11,054 nt of DNA from Octopus sinensis. Its lineage: Eukaryota. A program made the translations under genes and the position numbers. A model generated the notes under the pieces. The model made no database searches. It was not told the origin of the DNA and was given only the letters and a program-made list of their open reading frames with translations. Every line of letters begins with the position of its first letter. The first letter of the stretch is position 1. Shown piece after piece: positions 8,202 through 11,054 of the stretch. The DNA lies in contig NW_021827126.1 in the NCBI RefSeq assembly GCF_006345805.1, positions 1 to 11,054 on the forward strand. The letters run 5' to 3'.

Positions 8202-8412
8202 CTAGGTGTCCATAAATTATCTTTACAATTTGTAAAATTCAGGAAAAAAAAAATTGAAAAAAAAGGTGTATATAACTCAACAGAGTTTATTGTAAAACAA
8301 ATTAAAACTTTAATAATATTTATTTAACATGGAAAGGAGTTGATTGATGAATCGCAACTTAAATGGATAAAATAAATTGTGGAATTTGTAAAGATGATTT
8401 ATGAACACCGCG
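8202..8412. mobile_element. Tc1/mariner-like MITE, about 211 bp
   Basis: TIR GGTGTCCATAAATTATCTTTACAATTT (8205-8231) vs reverse complement of 8383-8409 GGTGTTCATAAATCATCTTTACAAATT, 24/27. TA at 8200-8201 on the left; the right flank is a (CG)n run. AT-rich non-coding interior. Confidence 0.82.
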
Positions 8413-8558
8413 CGCGCTTGTGTATCGTATGTGTAAAATCTCTTTTGTCAAATAGGGTCTGTTTTGTATTTTTTTCTTTCGTCTGCTGCATTAAACCTGT
8501 AAATTGTATTCGAAATTAACTGATCTTTGCTTCGGTTACATTGAGAAACAATTAAACG

Positions 8559-9030
8559 AGGAGTGGCTGTGTGCTAAGTAGCTTGCTTACGAACGGCATG
8601 GTTCCGGGTTCAGTCCCACTGCGTGGCACCTTGGGCAAGTGTCTTCTGCTATAGCCTCGGGCCAACCAAACCCTTGTGACTGGATTCGGTAGACAGCAAC
8701 TGAAAGAAGCCTGTCGTGTGTGTGTGTGTGTGTGTGTGAGTGTGTATGTATGTATATATGTATTATGTGTGTGTATATGTTTGTGTGTCTGCGTTTGTAC
8801 CCCCAACATCAGTTGACAACCGATGCTGGTGTGTTTACGTCACCGTATATATATGTGTGTGTGTGTCCCCGTCCGTATTTACGTCCTCGTAACTTTGCGA
8901 TTCGACAAAAGAGACCGATAGAATAAGTACTAGGCTTACAAAAGAATAAGTCCCAGGGACGATTTGTTCGACTAAAGGTGGTGCTCCAGCATGGCCGCAG
9001 TCAAGTGACTGAAACAAGTAAAAGAGTAAA
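8559..9030 (+). mobile_element. SINE family A copy A8, full length with a small internal duplication/insertion
   Basis: A box TGGCTGTGTGC (8564-8574), B box GGTTCAGTCCC (8607-8617), complete body and tail. TTTACGTC(A/C)(C/T)CGTA is duplicated at 8834-8847 and 8878-8891. Confidence 0.94.
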
Positions 9031-9041
9031 ACACCTTTCAG

Positions 9042-9102
9042 ATAGAGTGGACTACGACTGTACCTGAATCTAATGTTGAAAAATGGAATTCTAAACAAAA
9101 TA
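9042..9102 (+). CDS. Candidate 61-bp exon (only fully open frame: IEWTTTVPESNVEKWNSKQN)
   Basis: Acceptor CCTTTCAG ends at 9041 and donor ATA|GTAAGC starts at 9103. A strong acceptor (TTTCTTTCCTTCTTTTTTTTTCCAG) at 9218 would close a 116-bp intron. Direct splicing from 5853 gives AAA-TAG (stop). Confidence 0.33.
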
Positions 9103-9230
9103 GTAAGCGCACATCATATATATATATATCTGCACAATTAAACTTGAAATTTTCTCAAAAAATTGTCAGTATGTATGTATGTATGCCACCATGTTTCTTT
9201 CCTTCTTTTTTTTTCCAGATTAATTTCCTA

Positions 9231-9655
9231 TATAATCGGAATTCACAGTATCCGGAAGGGTAGTTTTTAGAAAATTTTCATTAAAAAAAAATACTTTCTT
9301 TTCTTCAAAGTTATGAGGAAACAAAGTCAATTCGTTTGAAATTAGCATCCGAAAATCATCTCTCTCCCTCTCGGAAAAATATTTTTGGATCTTACAAACT
9401 ACAGAATTTTCTCAAGAAAGCCAAGAGAAAAAGATGTTTTATAAACACATTCTACCAGAATACGAAGTTTAAAATTTTTTAGCTACAAAGAAATTGTTTT
9501 AAAAATCTGCCGGTCAAAGCGAAAAGATCCATATTTTTCACAACAAATACCGATATAATCTGAATCACCACCAACTTACCAGTGTTTTCAGAAAATTTAA
9601 TTAAAAAAAACCCCCCAAAAAACACCGGTTCTTCTGGAAGTTATAAGGAAACAAA
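9231..9655. repeat. Degenerate direct repeats of about 95-100 bp, about 325 bp apart, around an AT-rich core
   Basis: TATAATCGGAATTCAC / TATAATCTGAATCAC; AGTTTTTAGAAAATTTTCATTAAAAAAAA / AGTGTTTTCAGAAAATTTAATTAAAAAAAA; TTCTTCAAAGTTATGAGGAAACAAA / TTCTTCTGGAAGTTATAAGGAAACAAA (9231-9325 vs 9554-9655). Confidence 0.7.
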
Positions 9656-9849
9656 AAACGGGTAGAGGGGTACGCTTGTGTCGGGGTGTTAGCTGCTTTA
9701 CACCTTCCTCGTAATTTCAGCTCGTTCTGTTTCCACTTAATTTTATCGGAAATTTAAAAGAAAAAACAAAAAGCAAATTCCCCAATTTTTAATGGCTGAG
9801 AGTATGAGTGTAGAGAGATAATTTAGGTGCCCGGTATATACACACTTAT

Positions 9850-9990
9850 CGCTACGTTCTGAGTTCAAATTCCACCGAGGTCGACTTTGCCTATCATCTT
9901 TTCGGGGTCGATTAAATAAGTACCAGTTGCGCACTGGAGTCGATGTTTGTCCTCTCTGTGTTTAGCCCCTTGTGGGTAGTAAAGAAATAG
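9850..9990 (+). mobile_element. SINE family B copy with a different tail (type 2); 5' head not recognisable
   Basis: CGCTACGTTCTGAGTTCAAATTCCACCGAGGTCGACTTTGCC..GGGGTCGATTAAATAAGTACCAGTTGCGCACTGGAGTCGATG, then TTTGTCCTCTCTGTGTTTAGCCCCTTGTGGGTAGTAAAGAAATA. Confidence 0.88.
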
Positions 9991-10059
9991 GTATATATAC
10001 ACACTTATAATATATAGGCACTCAAACACACAACGAACGTGTGTGCATGTATTCTGCTT

Positions 10060-10202
10060 TCTCTCTCTCTCTCTATAGATAATCTATATAGATACACACA
10101 CACAAACACACAACACCACATATGTACACACACGAACGTCTGTGTGTGAAAAGGAGAAAGGAAGAGCTAGAGATAAACATGAACACACATACTTGTCTAC
10201 AA

Positions 10203-10237
<35 letters not shown>

Positions 10238-10279
10238 CACATACACGAAAGTTTGTGTATGAGTGCGTGTATGTGTGTG

Positions 10280-10323
<44 letters not shown>

Positions 10324-10584
10324 ATATATATATAGTTATACTATTTATTATATATACCACGTATATACCTGTTCGAGTGTTGCATTAACTATCTAAAAAT
10401 ATCAAATACATACGTAACATATACAGATAGATGTGTGTGACTATCTATCTATCTATCTATCTAGATAGATAAATAGAAAGACAGACAGACAGATAGACAG
10501 ATAGACAGACAGACAGACAGGCAGACAGACAGGCAGAATAGATAGGCAGATAGATAGGCAGATAGATAGGCAAGATAGATAGGC

Positions 10585-10620
<36 letters not shown>

Positions 10621-10635
10621 TACAAACATACACAC
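10060..10635. repeat. Compound microsatellite field (CT, CA, TA, CTAT, GATA/GACA/GGCA)
   Basis: Directly visible; it explains ORFs 10073..10360, 10142..10396 and 10453..10635. Confidence 0.95.
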
Positions 10636-10953
10636 ATCTTAAGCGAGTAATAGTTTTAAATTAAAAAACCAAAACATTTTAAAATTCATAACGAACTATT
10701 TCTAATCACAAATGTTTTGTTAGACACACACACACACACACACAAAGACCATTATTTCGATTTATAACAAAATATTAACAGAAACTATTCCCGCAGACAT
10801 TCTTTTATTGAAATTTTAAAAAGAATTTTTCTTTTTCAGAGCAGTTAATCATCTCCATGTTTTTAAATGTGGAATTAAATAAATTCAAGTGTTGAAAAAA
10901 AAAAATATCAAGATTTTTTGTTTGTGGCACCACATTTTATTTTTTTTTTTTTT

Positions 10954-11054
10954 GAGTGGCTGTGAGGTAAGTAGCTTGTTTACCAACCACATGGTTCCGG
11001 GTTCAGTCCCACTGCGTGGCACCTTGGGCAAGTGTCTTCTACTATAGCCTCGGG
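10954..11054 (+). mobile_element. SINE family A copy A9, cut by the window end
   Basis: GAGTGGCTGTGAGGTAAGTAGCTTG..GGTTCAGTCCCACTGCGTGGCACCTTGGGCAAGTGTCTTCTACTATAGCCTCGGG, preceded by a poly-T run. Confidence 0.93.

Noticed and set aside
519-9030. Regular recurrence of conserved blocks separated by variable sequence (CRISPR-like or satellite array)
   Set aside because: Spacing is irregular, the units are 250-470-bp Pol III SINEs, and the context is eukaryotic with no cas genes.
10840-10895. Strong acceptor TTTTTCTTTTTCAG at 10839 followed by QLIISMFLNVELNKFKC-stop (phase-compatible with 9102)
   Set aside because: AT-rich composition like the surrounding non-coding DNA and no independent support; only RNA-seq could rescue it.

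Overview
AT-rich, microsatellite-dense eukaryotic non-coding DNA, most likely intronic and from an octopus (coleoid cephalopod). That assignment rests on my recall of the octopus OR-type tRNA-derived SINEs, not on a search. Much of the window is repeats. Family A SINE has 9 plus-strand copies and 1 minus-strand 3' fragment. Family B SINE has 3 copies. There are two further tRNA-headed SINE types, a hAT-like MITE, a Tc1/mariner-like MITE, a probable LINE 3' end and many (TA)/(CA)/(GA)/(GATA)/(TAA) arrays. Nearly all ORFs in the supplied track are translations of microsatellites or SINEs. Three short plus-strand candidate exons (201-361, 5715-5853, 9042-9102) have splice signals, but I cannot name a product. 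The most interesting structure is SINE modularity: families A and B share an AATAAGTAC..CTGGGGTCGA-N5-TCGAC module, and three different 3' tails attach after it, including one A-body/B-tail chimera. I see no clear evidence of a wholly new biological system. No prokaryotic-type features (CRISPR, operons, rRNA, intact tRNA) are present.
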